A stretch of DNA of 64,000 bases, from assembly GCA_963850255.1 (NCBI GenBank), contig CAWKLL010000030.1:1958-65957 (forward strand), read 5' to 3'. The notes beneath the pieces were generated by a model. The model saw only the letters and a program-made list of their open reading frames with translations. It did not search any database and was not told the DNA's origin. The position numbers were made by a program, and so were the translations under genes. Below, one piece after another: positions 50,935-62,138 of the stretch. Origin of the DNA: an uncultured Gammaproteobacteria bacterium (GTDB lineage: Bacteria; Pseudomonadota; Gammaproteobacteria; Steroidobacterales; GCA-2729495). Position 1 is the stretch's first letter; every line of letters starts with the position of its first letter.

Positions 50935-51091
50935 GGCGCTAGTCTGGGCTATGCAGGTAGCCGGCGGCAACGCGGAGCCCGCCGTTGGCCCCGATCAACG
51001 ACATTCGCGCGGTTCAGATCCTGCTCGAAATCAGTACTTCGGCTCAGATATTCGGGCGCAGGGGGGACGCGGGCTTTGCTATCCTCCCCCG

Positions 51092-52900
<1,809 letters not shown>

Positions 52901-52936
52901 TTCTGCCGTGCGACGGAATCTCAAACAGCGCTGCGT

Positions 52937-53608
52937 CTAGAGACCGGCGACAAAGGCATCGGCCGGTGCCGAGGCCGGCAGCCGGTCGATGGGCGCATGC
53001 ACTTCATTGCGGCGCATAAACGGAACCATCATGGGCGAGTTGTACATGGCGGTATTAATGGCACCGATAATTTCCACATCCGCCTGCTGCAGTCTATTAC
53101 GCAGTTTCTGTTCTGCCGCGCTGCGGTTAGCTTCCGTCCAGCGACCCGAGTAATTCAACACCGCGACAATGCGTGCAGGCACCTGGCGAACACGCACGCG
53201 CGGGTCGCTGGGCTGGGGCGCAGTCTCCAGTGTGTATTGGCCGGGCAACATAAAGGCCAGGCTCCAGCCTTCGGTTTCCAGTGCCTGGGTCAGGCTGCCG
53301 GTCATGGCGATCTTCTCGCCCCAGGCCGGTGACTGTTCTACAGGTGCTGTCATGGAGATCTTGTTATTGCCAAGATTGCTGCCGCTGATGTAGCGGAACA
53401 GTCGTCTGAAACCTTCATTGCCCGCGGCGGAATAATCAGAGATGTCATCCATCACCGTTTCCGCCACCACGTAGGGCTCGTACTGGCGATACTCAATGCC
53501 GTCAGCTTTAAAAACGACGCTGAACTTGGGTTGTTCAATGCTCATGGCTGTTCCTCCGAAGAGCAGCAGAATCGCGGCTAGCGCGGTTCGCAGGATATTT
53601 ATTCTCAT
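52937..53608 (-). CDS. SOUL/HEBP heme-binding-like secreted protein
   Basis: Signal MRINILRTALAAILLLFGGTAMS. SOUL-family blocks present: EQPKFSVVFKADGIEYRQYEP, GFRRLFRYISGSN...ISMTAPV. Confidence 0.7.
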   Translation of the reverse strand: MRINILRTALAAILLLFGGTAMSIEQPKFSVVFKADGIEYRQYEPYVVAETVMDDISDYSAAGNEGFRRLFRYISGSNLGNNKISMTAPVEQSPAWGEKIAMTGSLTQALETEGWSLAFMLPGQYTLETAPQPSDPRVRVRQVPARIVAVLNYSGRWTEANRSAAEQKLRNRLQQADVEIIGAINTAMYNSPMMVPFMRRNEVHAPIDRLPASAPADAFVAGL

Positions 53609-53796
53609 CATGTTGCAACGCACCTAAGGGCGTGACTACCGACGCAATCTGCGTAGTAAAGATTACGATCGGGAAGCGCCAGCGGATGCAGCCAGCTGTA
53701 ACAAGCTGTAACGCTGCCAGGGGCGAAAGCCCCGTTATCCAAGGCCTGCAGCCCGCCAGGGGTTATAGTCTGGCTTTACCTGCAGTGGCAAAGCCG

Positions 53797-54201
53797 ATGA
53801 AAAAAGTGATTCAACCTGACGGTCTGTTCGACAGTAGCCAGTTTCACTACTCGCAGGTGGTGACGGCCACGGGCGGCACCCTGGTGCATATTTCCGGCCT
53901 GGCGGCCTGGAACAAAGACGCGCAGTTAGTCGGCGGCGATGACCTGGTCGCGCAGACTCGGCAAACCCTGGCCAATGTGCAGGCCGGCCTGGAAGCCGCC
54001 GGCGCAAGCATCGATGACCTGATCATGATGCGCAGTTTTATCGTCAACTATCAGCCCGAGTACTTCGGCTTGCTGATGCCGGAATTTGCCGCCTTCTTTG
54101 GCGACGCGCGACCACCCGCCAGCACCTGGGTGGGCGTGCAGGCCCTGGCACTGCCGGAATTGCTGATCGAAATCGAAGCGCAGGCCGTCGTCCCCGACTA
54201 A
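53797..54201 (+). CDS. RidA/YjgF/L-PSP family protein
   Basis: 134 aa from MKKVIQPDG... Typical YSQVV...HISG...A.G ... IEIEA C-terminal pattern. Confidence 0.75.
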   Translation: MKKVIQPDGLFDSSQFHYSQVVTATGGTLVHISGLAAWNKDAQLVGGDDLVAQTRQTLANVQAGLEAAGASIDDLIMMRSFIVNYQPEYFGLLMPEFAAFFGDARPPASTWVGVQALALPELLIEIEAQAVVPD

Positions 54202-55208
54202 CTCAGCGCCGGCACGATAAATTTGCCGATGGTGCGAATCGCCTCATCGGGCTCGCCGTAAACCTTCAGTGCGATTTCATTCAGACCAGCGGCGGCGAAG
54301 GCCTGAAAACGTTCGACTTCACGGTCTATGTTCGCCAGCGACGAGGCAGAGGTGCCACGCTCGACAATCTTGTCGACGATCTCGTCGGGCACGCCTTCGA
54401 TATGTGGCGTCTTGTTGTAGTAGGCCTTGGTAAAGGCCGGCAGATTGGCCGTAACTATCTGCGCTTCGTCCTCATCGACGACATCACGAATAAAGTCAGG
54501 ATAAATAGTGCCGCGCACGCACAACCAGATGCGTGACTCGGCATTGGCGGCCGCTGCGTCTTCTTTTACATGCCAGGCCCAGAAATTATTCAGCGGGTAG
54601 CCTGGCGGATCAATATCACGCTCGGCCAGCAGCGGGTCGATAGTCTCGCGGGTCCAGCGAATACGCTCGGGGGTAAAGTCGCTGACCATGATGCCGCGTG
54701 CATTTCGGGCCGCACTGCGCAACATTTGCGGGCCATTGGCGCCGGCGTAGACCATGGGCGGTGGCTGGGTAACCCAGCGGGTGTCCATCCAGCTGATATC
54801 GAAGATTTCACCGTGGTAGTGGGTGGCTTCGCCTTGCGCGGCTAATTCCAGTATCTCAATACACTCGCGCACCGTACGTACGATGCGATGGGGTTTCTGG
54901 CCCATGGCCTCGGCAACACCGCCCCCGCCGCCGACCACAATCTGGCCACGACCATGGCTGATCTCATTGAAGGTCAGCAAGGCGATCGCCATTTTCAGCG
55001 GGTGCAGTTCCTGCGGGCTGATGGCTATGGGCCCGATCTTCACACGCTGTGATTCCTGGGCCAGCAGTGCGAAATTGAGAAAAGCATCGCGGCCGTTAGC
55101 GTTGTTGGCTACCCAGACGCCGCCAAGACCCTGCTCTTCGGCCAGACGGCCCAGACGCGCCACCTCCTCCGGCGTTTTATCGGATTCGATGATGACATCG
55201 ATGCGCAT
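54198..55208 (-). CDS. LLM-class flavin/F420-dependent oxidoreductase
   Basis: Intact 336-aa ORF with AGGAG RBS. LLM-fold pattern present (GLGGVWVANN, GRGQIVVGGGGG). Confidence 0.75.
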   Translation of the reverse strand: MRIDVIIESDKTPEEVARLGRLAEEQGLGGVWVANNANGRDAFLNFALLAQESQRVKIGPIAISPQELHPLKMAIALLTFNEISHGRGQIVVGGGGGVAEAMGQKPHRIVRTVRECIEILELAAQGEATHYHGEIFDISWMDTRWVTQPPPMVYAGANGPQMLRSAARNARGIMVSDFTPERIRWTRETIDPLLAERDIDPPGYPLNNFWAWHVKEDAAAANAESRIWLCVRGTIYPDFIRDVVDEDEAQIVTANLPAFTKAYYNKTPHIEGVPDEIVDKIVERGTSASSLANIDREVERFQAFAAAGLNEIALKVYGEPDEAIRTIGKFIVPALS

Positions 55209-55223
55209 ATTGATACTCCTGCC

Positions 55224-55447
55224 TCAGGCCTCAGGACTCGTCGTTGCCTCGGCTCGTTCTGTTGCGCGACTCTTTAGACCCAGCGCCAATACAAACAGGC
55301 AGCCGGTAACCACGGCCAGAACGGTGAAGGCTGCCTGGTAACCTGCCGCACCGCCGCCGCGCCGCCAACGATGGCCAGATCCAGAGCGCCCATGAGCACA
55401 CCGAAAAACAGCAGCGCCATGATGCGACTTTCAGAAGCCTGCGCCAT
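55224..55447 (-). pseudogene. internally deleted remnant of an MFS (DHA-type) transporter
   Basis: ATG 55445-55447 gives MAQASESRIMALLFFGVLMGALDLAIVG (the first MFS helix, with a GxLDxxIV motif). A second frame then continues GGAAGYQAAFTVLAVVTGCLFVLALGLKSRATERAEATTSPEA*, which looks like a last helix plus tail. Only about 220 nt sit where about 1.4 kb would be expected. Confidence 0.4.
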
Positions 55448-55450
55448 GCC

Positions 55451-57124
55451 TTAGCTGGTCCGCGGCAGACGCTTCAGATCGAGCGCCTGCTCTGGTTCAA
55501 GGTGATAGTCCGTCAGCGCAGAAAGCAGCGACAGGTTCGAATTGAGTACCTCGCGATTGACGTTTAACAACGACGAGGTCTCCGCTTCGGGTACCGCCCG
55601 CTTGCTCACGTCGGCGTAAATTTCCCCATGCATCTGCTCGTGCCATTCATGCACCTGCTGAATCAGCTCGACAATGTCTTCCGGATTTACGCCGGCTTGC
55701 TGATCACGGCGCAGGGCGAATAACTTGACCATAAAGCTGGTCAGCACGCTGCGGTAATGCTCCAGGTAGGCCGCCATGCGCGTGCCGTCTGCATCGGCGA
55801 ATTCTTCCAGATTGTGGCGAATATCCTTGAGCTGCTTGGTGGAGTGCACTGCCTGTCGTACGGCCGCCAGCAACTGGCTAAGACGACGTGACTGCTCCTC
55901 CGTCAGCGGCTCGCTCTGCAGGCGCGCCGCGAAGGTCAGGATTTCACCTTCCAGGCGCTTGGTACCGTCATACATGGCATCGAAAGGCTCGGCCCGGGTA
56001 TCTTCATCGCTGGCCACGGCCACAGGAAACTGGCCAGGCGGCATCGGTAACGGCGGCTGAAACACCTGCATGTTCTGACGCACAACCCTGGCGATCAGAT
56101 GCGCCGTTTCCCGATCAACGGCCTGCATGGCAGCATCGCTGACCTGCGGATTTACGTCACTGACATAGTGCGTTTCGTCGGGCTCGGTGATCTGAAAGCG
56201 CCGCCCCAGCCAGGTAGCAAACGGCTTGATCACCGGCACGAAAATTAGCAGGCCCAGTATATTGAAAGCACTGTGGAACGCCACCAGCGCATAGAGTGGG
56301 TCATTAATCCCCAACGCGCTCACCAGCATCAGGATCGGCAGGCGCAACGCGAAAGCCACCATAGCCGTGACGAAATTAAACAAGAAGTGGGCCACGGCCA
56401 CGCGGCGCTTTGACGCGCTGCCCTTTACTGCGCCCAGCAGCACGGTACTGGTGGTGCCAAGGTCAGCGCCTATGGCAATGGCCGCGGCATTTGGCAGACT
56501 GACAACGCCAGCGTCCAGGGCCGTGAGTGTCACCATGATGGTGACAGAACTGGATTGAATAACGGCTGCAAACAAAGCACCGAACAGCACGTATTGCCAG
56601 GCAGATAGTTCTGACAGCAGGCTTATATCAAGACCGTCGGCCAGCAAGCCCACGCTTTCTTTCATAAACTGCAGGCCGAGCAGCAGCAGCGCCAATCCGA
56701 TGATCGCCTGGCCCACGCGAGCACCGCCGCCGCGACCGAATACGAACAGCAAGCCACCCACGGCAATCATTGGCAGCACTATGGCTTCCAGGTCGGCCTT
56801 GAAGCCCAGTGTGGCTACCACCCAGCCGGTGAAGGTGGTACCGAGGTTGGCGCCGAACACGACGCCAAGCGCACTGGCAAGATTGAGCAGGCCGGCAGCC
56901 GTGAAAGCCAGCACCATCAGGCTGACCACGGAACTACTTTGCAACAGGGCCGTGGCGACAATGCCGCCGCCCACGGCTTTTAGCGGGGTATCGGTGCGCC
57001 GACGCAGGAAGCCCGCGAGGCTGCGCCCGCCCAGGGCTTTAAGCGCGGCTTCCAGCTGGGCCATGGCGAACAGGAATAAGCCGAGTCCGGCCAACAGGCG
57101 CCAGAAGTCGAAATCTGCGTTCAT
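55451..57124 (-). CDS. Na+/phosphate cotransporter family protein with PhoU-like C-terminal domain
   Basis: Start MNADFDFWRLLAGLGLFLFAM. Duplicated LLQSSSV/VIQSSSV Na/Pi motifs. Helical C-terminal domain. Confidence 0.8.
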   Translation of the reverse strand: MNADFDFWRLLAGLGLFLFAMAQLEAALKALGGRSLAGFLRRRTDTPLKAVGGGIVATALLQSSSVVSLMVLAFTAAGLLNLASALGVVFGANLGTTFTGWVVATLGFKADLEAIVLPMIAVGGLLFVFGRGGGARVGQAIIGLALLLLGLQFMKESVGLLADGLDISLLSELSAWQYVLFGALFAAVIQSSSVTIMVTLTALDAGVVSLPNAAAIAIGADLGTTSTVLLGAVKGSASKRRVAVAHFLFNFVTAMVAFALRLPILMLVSALGINDPLYALVAFHSAFNILGLLIFVPVIKPFATWLGRRFQITEPDETHYVSDVNPQVSDAAMQAVDRETAHLIARVVRQNMQVFQPPLPMPPGQFPVAVASDEDTRAEPFDAMYDGTKRLEGEILTFAARLQSEPLTEEQSRRLSQLLAAVRQAVHSTKQLKDIRHNLEEFADADGTRMAAYLEHYRSVLTSFMVKLFALRRDQQAGVNPEDIVELIQQVHEWHEQMHGEIYADVSKRAVPEAETSSLLNVNREVLNSNLSLLSALTDYHLEPEQALDLKRLPRTS

Positions 57125-57242
57125 CGCTGCCTTAGATCGTTCCCACTCCAATGTGCAGAGTGACACAAGCGGCGAACGGACGGAAAGCTATTGCCAGGCT
57201 GGCCCATCATCATCTGCGAGGGGGCCTGGTCACGCCCGTTAA

Positions 57243-58091
57243 TCAGGGTTTTGGCAGCAGGGATCCGCTGCTAGTCCGCCAGTTCTTGTAGTCGTCGCCG
57301 GCGCCGTAGTGCAGCTCCTGAGCCACGTCTACCCGCCGCGCCTCGGCAATCATCAGCAGGATGATGTACGACGGCGAAATAACCACCATCAGTGCATCGC
57401 CCGCGGTCATCACGCTGGCCAGGCCGGCCACCACCAAACCCAGCTGCAGCATAATCTCGCCGGCGTAGTTAGGGTGCCGCCAGCGACGAAACAGTCCGCT
57501 GGTAACCAGTTGATTGGCGTCTTGCTGCTTACCGCGTTGTTTCTGCCAGTCGGCCACGCCCTCGATGACGGTGCCCATCAGCATGATGGCGGCACCAATG
57601 ATGACGCCCAGGCTGGGCGTCGCCTGCGCACCGGCAAAAGCCGTTTGCGCGCCGGCAAAGGCCGCGGCCATCAAATGAAAGGTCAACAGCATCCCGCACA
57701 TCACCCACAGGGAAATCTTCGCAGGCGCGGGCATCGCATCATCGGCCTGGTTTATCGCGGCGACTCTCGGCGCATAGCTGGCACTGTTCTGACGAGCCCA
57801 GGTAAACCACAACAAGCGCAAACCATAAATCGCCGCAGCACCACCGATGAGCCAGGCCGCCGGCGTATTCAGCCAGACGGCGATCAACAGCCCGTTGATT
57901 GCCGCAGCTAACGCATAGCTGTAGTTGAAGATATACACGAAACGCACGAAAACCAGCAGACAGCAGACCAGGGCAACGATCAGCATGGCCCAGTTCAACG
58001 CCGTCCAGGCGCCTGTATAAACGCGCCAGGCCAGCAGGCCGAGCATCACCAGCCCGTAAACGGAAAATATGATCTGTATGCGTCTGCCCAT
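57243..58091 (-). CDS. DUF1295/ICMT-like polytopic membrane protein
   Basis: 282-aa ORF. The RHPNYAGE motif (SGLFRRWRHPNYAGEIMLQLG) is typical of the DUF1295/steroid-reductase-like/ICMT superfamily. Confidence 0.65.
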   Translation of the reverse strand: MGRRIQIIFSVYGLVMLGLLAWRVYTGAWTALNWAMLIVALVCCLLVFVRFVYIFNYSYALAAAINGLLIAVWLNTPAAWLIGGAAAIYGLRLLWFTWARQNSASYAPRVAAINQADDAMPAPAKISLWVMCGMLLTFHLMAAAFAGAQTAFAGAQATPSLGVIIGAAIMLMGTVIEGVADWQKQRGKQQDANQLVTSGLFRRWRHPNYAGEIMLQLGLVVAGLASVMTAGDALMVVISPSYIILLMIAEARRVDVAQELHYGAGDDYKNWRTSSGSLLPKP

Positions 58092-58094
58092 GGT

Positions 58095-58967
58095 TTACCA
58101 GCCCATGCCGTAGTAGTAGGCCATGCGTTCGGCAGCCCGGCGGATATGTCGATCGTAGCCGCGCATATTGCGAAATTCTTCCGGCAATACAACGGCTTCA
58201 TACATAGCCTCACCTTGCAGATCGCCCCGCGCCATGGCGGCTTTGACCGCGCTCATCAAGGCCTCAAGGTAACGACGGCGCTGATTCAGCGCATCACGGC
58301 CGGCCACCGGAATACCGTGGTTGCCGGTCATACGCTGCCAACCGTCCAGGGCCTCGATCTCTTTAAGGGTGCGCAGGTAGTCGTCCGGATAATAGTCGGG
58401 CATGAACCCCAGGCCGACGCTATAGGGCGTGACCAGGTCATTAACGAACAGGACGTCACTGTTATCCGGCTGCATCACCAGCAGACAGTCACCATGGTTC
58501 TTACCGAAGTACAGCAGCCTGAGTTCGCGGTCGCCCAGCTCCAGGCTCTCGCCGCCTTTCACCGTGTAGTCAGGCAGCACCAGTGCATCGTTAGGCCGAG
58601 CGCGAAAATGCGCTACGCAGTTGCGATGACTGATCACGGTGGCGCCTTCGTCCTTGAAAATCTGACCGCCAAGTACATGATCCCAGTGCTGGTGCGAATA
58701 GACCATGTACTTCACGGGCGTATCGGTCAGTTGTGCAATGGCCGCACGCATCGCCGCCGCGTGCTCGGCATTAGTGGGATCGGTCACCAGTACACCGTCG
58801 TCAGTGATCATCACCAGGCTGCGTTCGCCGAAGCTGCCAAAGCTATACACGCCGGGACTCAGCTCCGTCATGCTGCGCGCCAGGATCTGTTCGACAGTGA
58901 GGTTTTCATAGGCTGACTGGGCCTGAACCAGGCCCGCCAGCAGGCAAAGGATGAGAATCTTTTTCAT
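58095..58967 (-). CDS. secreted MBL-fold metallo-hydrolase
   Basis: Signal MKKILILCLLAGLVQAQS. HxHxDH motif in VYSHQHWDH. The stop is 3 nt from the DUF1295 start. Confidence 0.75.
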   Translation of the reverse strand: MKKILILCLLAGLVQAQSAYENLTVEQILARSMTELSPGVYSFGSFGERSLVMITDDGVLVTDPTNAEHAAAMRAAIAQLTDTPVKYMVYSHQHWDHVLGGQIFKDEGATVISHRNCVAHFRARPNDALVLPDYTVKGGESLELGDRELRLLYFGKNHGDCLLVMQPDNSDVLFVNDLVTPYSVGLGFMPDYYPDDYLRTLKEIEALDGWQRMTGNHGIPVAGRDALNQRRRYLEALMSAVKAAMARGDLQGEAMYEAVVLPEEFRNMRGYDRHIRRAAERMAYYYGMGW

Positions 58968-58984
58968 CGGTCTAGAATAACCCG

Positions 58985-59866
58985 ATGCGCTACATTGAAC
59001 CGCTTTTCCGGCCACCCTCTGAGGCCCGTTCGCTGATCCTGCAGGTCACCAACGGCTGTTCATGGAACCGCTGCAGCTTCTGTGAGATGTATACGGCAGC
59101 GCAGAAACGCTTTAGCCACAAGCATCAGGACGAGATCGACGGCGAACTGGCGAGCATCGCCGCGGCCGGCACCCCGGTGCGGCGGATTTTCCTCGCCGAC
59201 GGCGACGCCATGACTCTGTCGGTGCGTCGGCTGCGCGGCATTCTTGCATCGATTCGTCGCTATCTGCCCGACGTGCAGCGTGTATCCAGCTATTGCCTGC
59301 CGCGGAACCTGCGTCACAAGAGCGCCGCAGAGCTTTCCGAGCTGCGTGAGCTGGGACTGTCGCTGTTTTATGTAGGCTGCGAGTCCGGCGATGACCTGGT
59401 GCTGGAACGGGTCAGCAAAGGCGAAACTTTCGCGACCTCACTGGCTGCGCTAGAGAAGATCAAAGCGGCGGGCGCGAAGTCCTCGGTGATGATCCTCAAT
59501 GGCATGGGCGGCAGACGTTTTAGCGAGCAACATGCGGTCAATTCTGCGCGCCTGATGAATGCCGCACAGCCCGATTACCTGGCTACCCTGGTGCTGAGTT
59601 TTCCGGCCGGTATGCAACGCTACCAGGCGGGCTTCGGCGGTGAATTCGAAGCCCTGGACCAGCCCGGCCTGTTCCGCGAAATGACGGTACTACTGGAAAC
59701 CCTGCAGCTGCAGCGAACCATCTTCCGCAGCGACCACGCCTCCAACTACCTGGTGCTGAAGGGAACGCTCAACAAGGACAAGGAAAAACTGCTGGCCACC
59801 CTGGCTGCCGCCGTCGAACGACCGGGCTCTGTGGACCTGCGCGAGGAATGGCAACGCGGTTTGTAG
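58985..59866 (+). CDS. radical SAM domain protein (non-canonical Cx4Cx2C cluster motif)
   Basis: 293-aa ORF. FRPPSEARSLILQVTNGCSWNRCSFCEMY, followed by FLADGDAM and GCESG blocks typical of radical SAM cores. Confidence 0.7.
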   Translation: MRYIEPLFRPPSEARSLILQVTNGCSWNRCSFCEMYTAAQKRFSHKHQDEIDGELASIAAAGTPVRRIFLADGDAMTLSVRRLRGILASIRRYLPDVQRVSSYCLPRNLRHKSAAELSELRELGLSLFYVGCESGDDLVLERVSKGETFATSLAALEKIKAAGAKSSVMILNGMGGRRFSEQHAVNSARLMNAAQPDYLATLVLSFPAGMQRYQAGFGGEFEALDQPGLFREMTVLLETLQLQRTIFRSDHASNYLVLKGTLNKDKEKLLATLAAAVERPGSVDLREEWQRGL

Positions 59867-59870
59867 CGTC

Positions 59871-61466
59871 TCAGGGCAGCGGACAGGCAATACTCACATC
59901 CGGCGGGCAAGTCACCGCCTCGACACCATCCTGGGGTCGAAAGCTCATCACATGAATATCGCGAGCCTCGAAGACCGGGAAATACACCTCGGCCAGGCCC
60001 AATGGACCGGGTCGGTCGTAGCGCCAGGCAAAGCCGCCGATGGTGGAAATGCTCACACCTTGCGGATCATCCTGTAACGTCTGGCTGGTATTTGCGCCGT
60101 AGTATTCGTTGATGTCGAAAATTGCCGCCGAATCATATTCCCAGCGCTCACTGTCCAGCGGATAGCGCGGCTTCAGAACCCAGACCCGCGAAGCCTCATC
60201 GCCGCCCGCCAGGATCCAGGGTTTGCTATTGCCTTCGAGCATCCGCGCCGGCCAAAAGGCCAGGGCGCGATTGGGCGCCAGCCGACCGGGACCGGCCTTG
60301 GGCTCAGGAAACGTCGGGTTCGGACGAATATTGTCCTTTAGCACATGCACCTGCCAGTCGCTGTCGAACAGGCGGCCGTCGGCCGGCTGCTCGATGGCAA
60401 TCACGCGACCGGGGATTTCTGAGCGGGTCACCTCAAAACAATTGTCGCCCTGGTGATTGCTGGTCAACACATCCACGCGACCATCCAGGTTCAGGTCGAC
60501 GATCTCAACGGCAAAGGGATTGCCCTGGCCGCGCATGATGTCGCGCTGGCGGACGACGGGCCCGTTGCGCGGATCCACATCTGACCAGTTGCCGCCCTCG
60601 GGCGCGCCATAGACCGTAATCGCATCGTATTTAAAAAAGTGCGAGGCGATGACTTCCGGCACGCCGTCACCCTCGAGGTCATAGACGTTCATATTGATTT
60701 CAGGACCGCCAGGTTTCGGCTCGCTGTCCACCAGCACAAACTCTTGCCATGGCCGGTCAGGTTTCAGCGCTTCACCAGGATTTCGGAACCAGACCAGTTG
60801 CCCGGTAGGCGGGCAGAATCCGTCGCGCACGCGAAAACTGGAACGCACGGTAACGATGTCCTTGCGGCCATCGGCATCCATGTCGACAAAATGCGCGTCA
60901 TGGTAAAACCAGGGCTGGTTATCCTCGCTGCCCGGCGCGCAGCGGGGCGGCTTGAAAGTACTTTGCTCGACGATGTACTCAGTAAGCTCGGGATCGTCCA
61001 GGTTAATCAGGCTTAGCCGACCCGGCTGCGGCGTAACCTGGAAGCCCTGCGGAGAAATAACGCCTTCAAACGGCAGCACACCATCCGGTACCCGCGACGT
61101 TTCGTTCGGCCAGACCTGGCGGGAGACACCATCGAGGTCCGTCAGAATCCGCGTGTCGCGCCGGCCATCAAACTTGTCGGGATCCAGTCCGTCAAGATCC
61201 GCTATCAGTGCCACCAGGTCGCGTTGCGTAATGCGCTCCACCGTGGTGCCCGCAGCGTTCTTTTCCACGTTAAAAAAGCTCGACATCAACAAGCCGTCGG
61301 CTTTGCCGCCGCCGGCCTTGTTGAAGCGCTGCACATGCAGAAAGGCCGGATTAAAGGGCACTTCCAGCACGCCACGCGGGTAAACCTCGGGGCAAAAGGC
61401 GGCCGGCGTACCAGCCGCCGCAATCAGGCCAGGCAGCATTGCCAGCGTCAATAACAGTTTTTTCAT
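59871..61466 (-). CDS. secreted protein with FG-GAP/VCBS-like repeats
   Basis: Signal MKKLLLTLAMLPGLIAAAG. Repeated Ca-binding-like DxDxDG segments (DMDADGRKDIVTV, DLEGDGVPEVIAS, DLNLDGRVDVLTS). Confidence 0.5.
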   Translation of the reverse strand: MKKLLLTLAMLPGLIAAAGTPAAFCPEVYPRGVLEVPFNPAFLHVQRFNKAGGGKADGLLMSSFFNVEKNAAGTTVERITQRDLVALIADLDGLDPDKFDGRRDTRILTDLDGVSRQVWPNETSRVPDGVLPFEGVISPQGFQVTPQPGRLSLINLDDPELTEYIVEQSTFKPPRCAPGSEDNQPWFYHDAHFVDMDADGRKDIVTVRSSFRVRDGFCPPTGQLVWFRNPGEALKPDRPWQEFVLVDSEPKPGGPEINMNVYDLEGDGVPEVIASHFFKYDAITVYGAPEGGNWSDVDPRNGPVVRQRDIMRGQGNPFAVEIVDLNLDGRVDVLTSNHQGDNCFEVTRSEIPGRVIAIEQPADGRLFDSDWQVHVLKDNIRPNPTFPEPKAGPGRLAPNRALAFWPARMLEGNSKPWILAGGDEASRVWVLKPRYPLDSERWEYDSAAIFDINEYYGANTSQTLQDDPQGVSISTIGGFAWRYDRPGPLGLAEVYFPVFEARDIHVMSFRPQDGVEAVTCPPDVSIACPLP

Positions 61467-61578
61467 ACTCGAAAGCATAGCGGCTATCCCCTGCGTGGAC
61501 CGCCCGCCTGCCGAACGACCGCGCCGATTCTGGCCCCTGCTAGGGTGGCCGTCCGGCGATTCCTGAGGAGACGACTAA

Positions 61579-62127
61579 ATGGCTGCACATGCCTGGCTGG
61601 CGGAAACACCCTGGCCCACCAAACAATTAACCCGCGAAGAACTGCAGGGCCGAATCGAGCATTTTCTCGCCACGCACTGGATGGGCGTATTGTGCACCGT
61701 CGGCAAGAACGGGCCCATCGGTACGCCGGTGGAATACCATGGCCAGGGCCTGGATGTTTACATCCTGCCTCAGCCGGGCAGCCCCAAGGTCCAGGCAATG
61801 AAAACAAATCCAAAAGTCTGTTTTGCCGTGTATGGCGAAAACAGCGGCTGGGCCAGCGTGCACGGGGCACAGCTTTTTGGCGACGCAGTATTTATTGAGC
61901 CCGGCACGCCTGAACACGAGCAGGCCATGAGCATCTACCGCTGGGCGGCGTCCGCCGAGCAATTGGGCAAGCCGCTGGATCAACCCCCGCAGATGCCACT
62001 TATCCGCATCGAGCTGGATCGCGTGGTATACACCCAGCAATGGTTACGCAAGGAGGGCTATGGCCCTCGGCAGATCTGGCACAGCAATCCGGACAAAGTC
62101 GGCAAGTCGCGACAATACGGACATTGA
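61579..62127 (+). CDS. pyridoxamine 5'-phosphate oxidase-like FMN-binding protein (paralog of 29704-30258)
   Basis: 182-aa ORF, collinear with the 29704 ORF (AWLAETPWPTKQL, LPQPGSPKVQAMK, WLRKEGYGPRQIW). Confidence 0.65.
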   Translation: MAAHAWLAETPWPTKQLTREELQGRIEHFLATHWMGVLCTVGKNGPIGTPVEYHGQGLDVYILPQPGSPKVQAMKTNPKVCFAVYGENSGWASVHGAQLFGDAVFIEPGTPEHEQAMSIYRWAASAEQLGKPLDQPPQMPLIRIELDRVVYTQQWLRKEGYGPRQIWHSNPDKVGKSRQYGH

Positions 62128-62138
62128 GGAAGACAAAC

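Noticed and set aside
51020-51040. CTG-N8-CAG element upstream of recQ as a LexA/SOS box
   Set aside because: The gammaproteobacterial LexA box is CTGT-N8-ACAG, which gives CTG-N10-CAG spacing. This element has the wrong spacing and lacks the flanking T/A.
50933-51091. Upstream extensions of recQ (from 50933), of LssY-like-2 (from 21188), of the SDR (from 62040) and of the OmpA-family gene (to 47161)
   Set aside because: The extensions overlap neighbouring genes or spacers and are not family-like. Conserved N-termini or signal peptides begin at the internal starts used in the feature table.
58146-58916. 256-aa plus-strand ORF antisense to the MBL-fold gene; similar cases at 28981-29688, 57309-57911 and 42861-43469
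   Set aside because: These are antisense shadows of well-supported genes. Their composition is typical of out-of-phase GC-rich translation.
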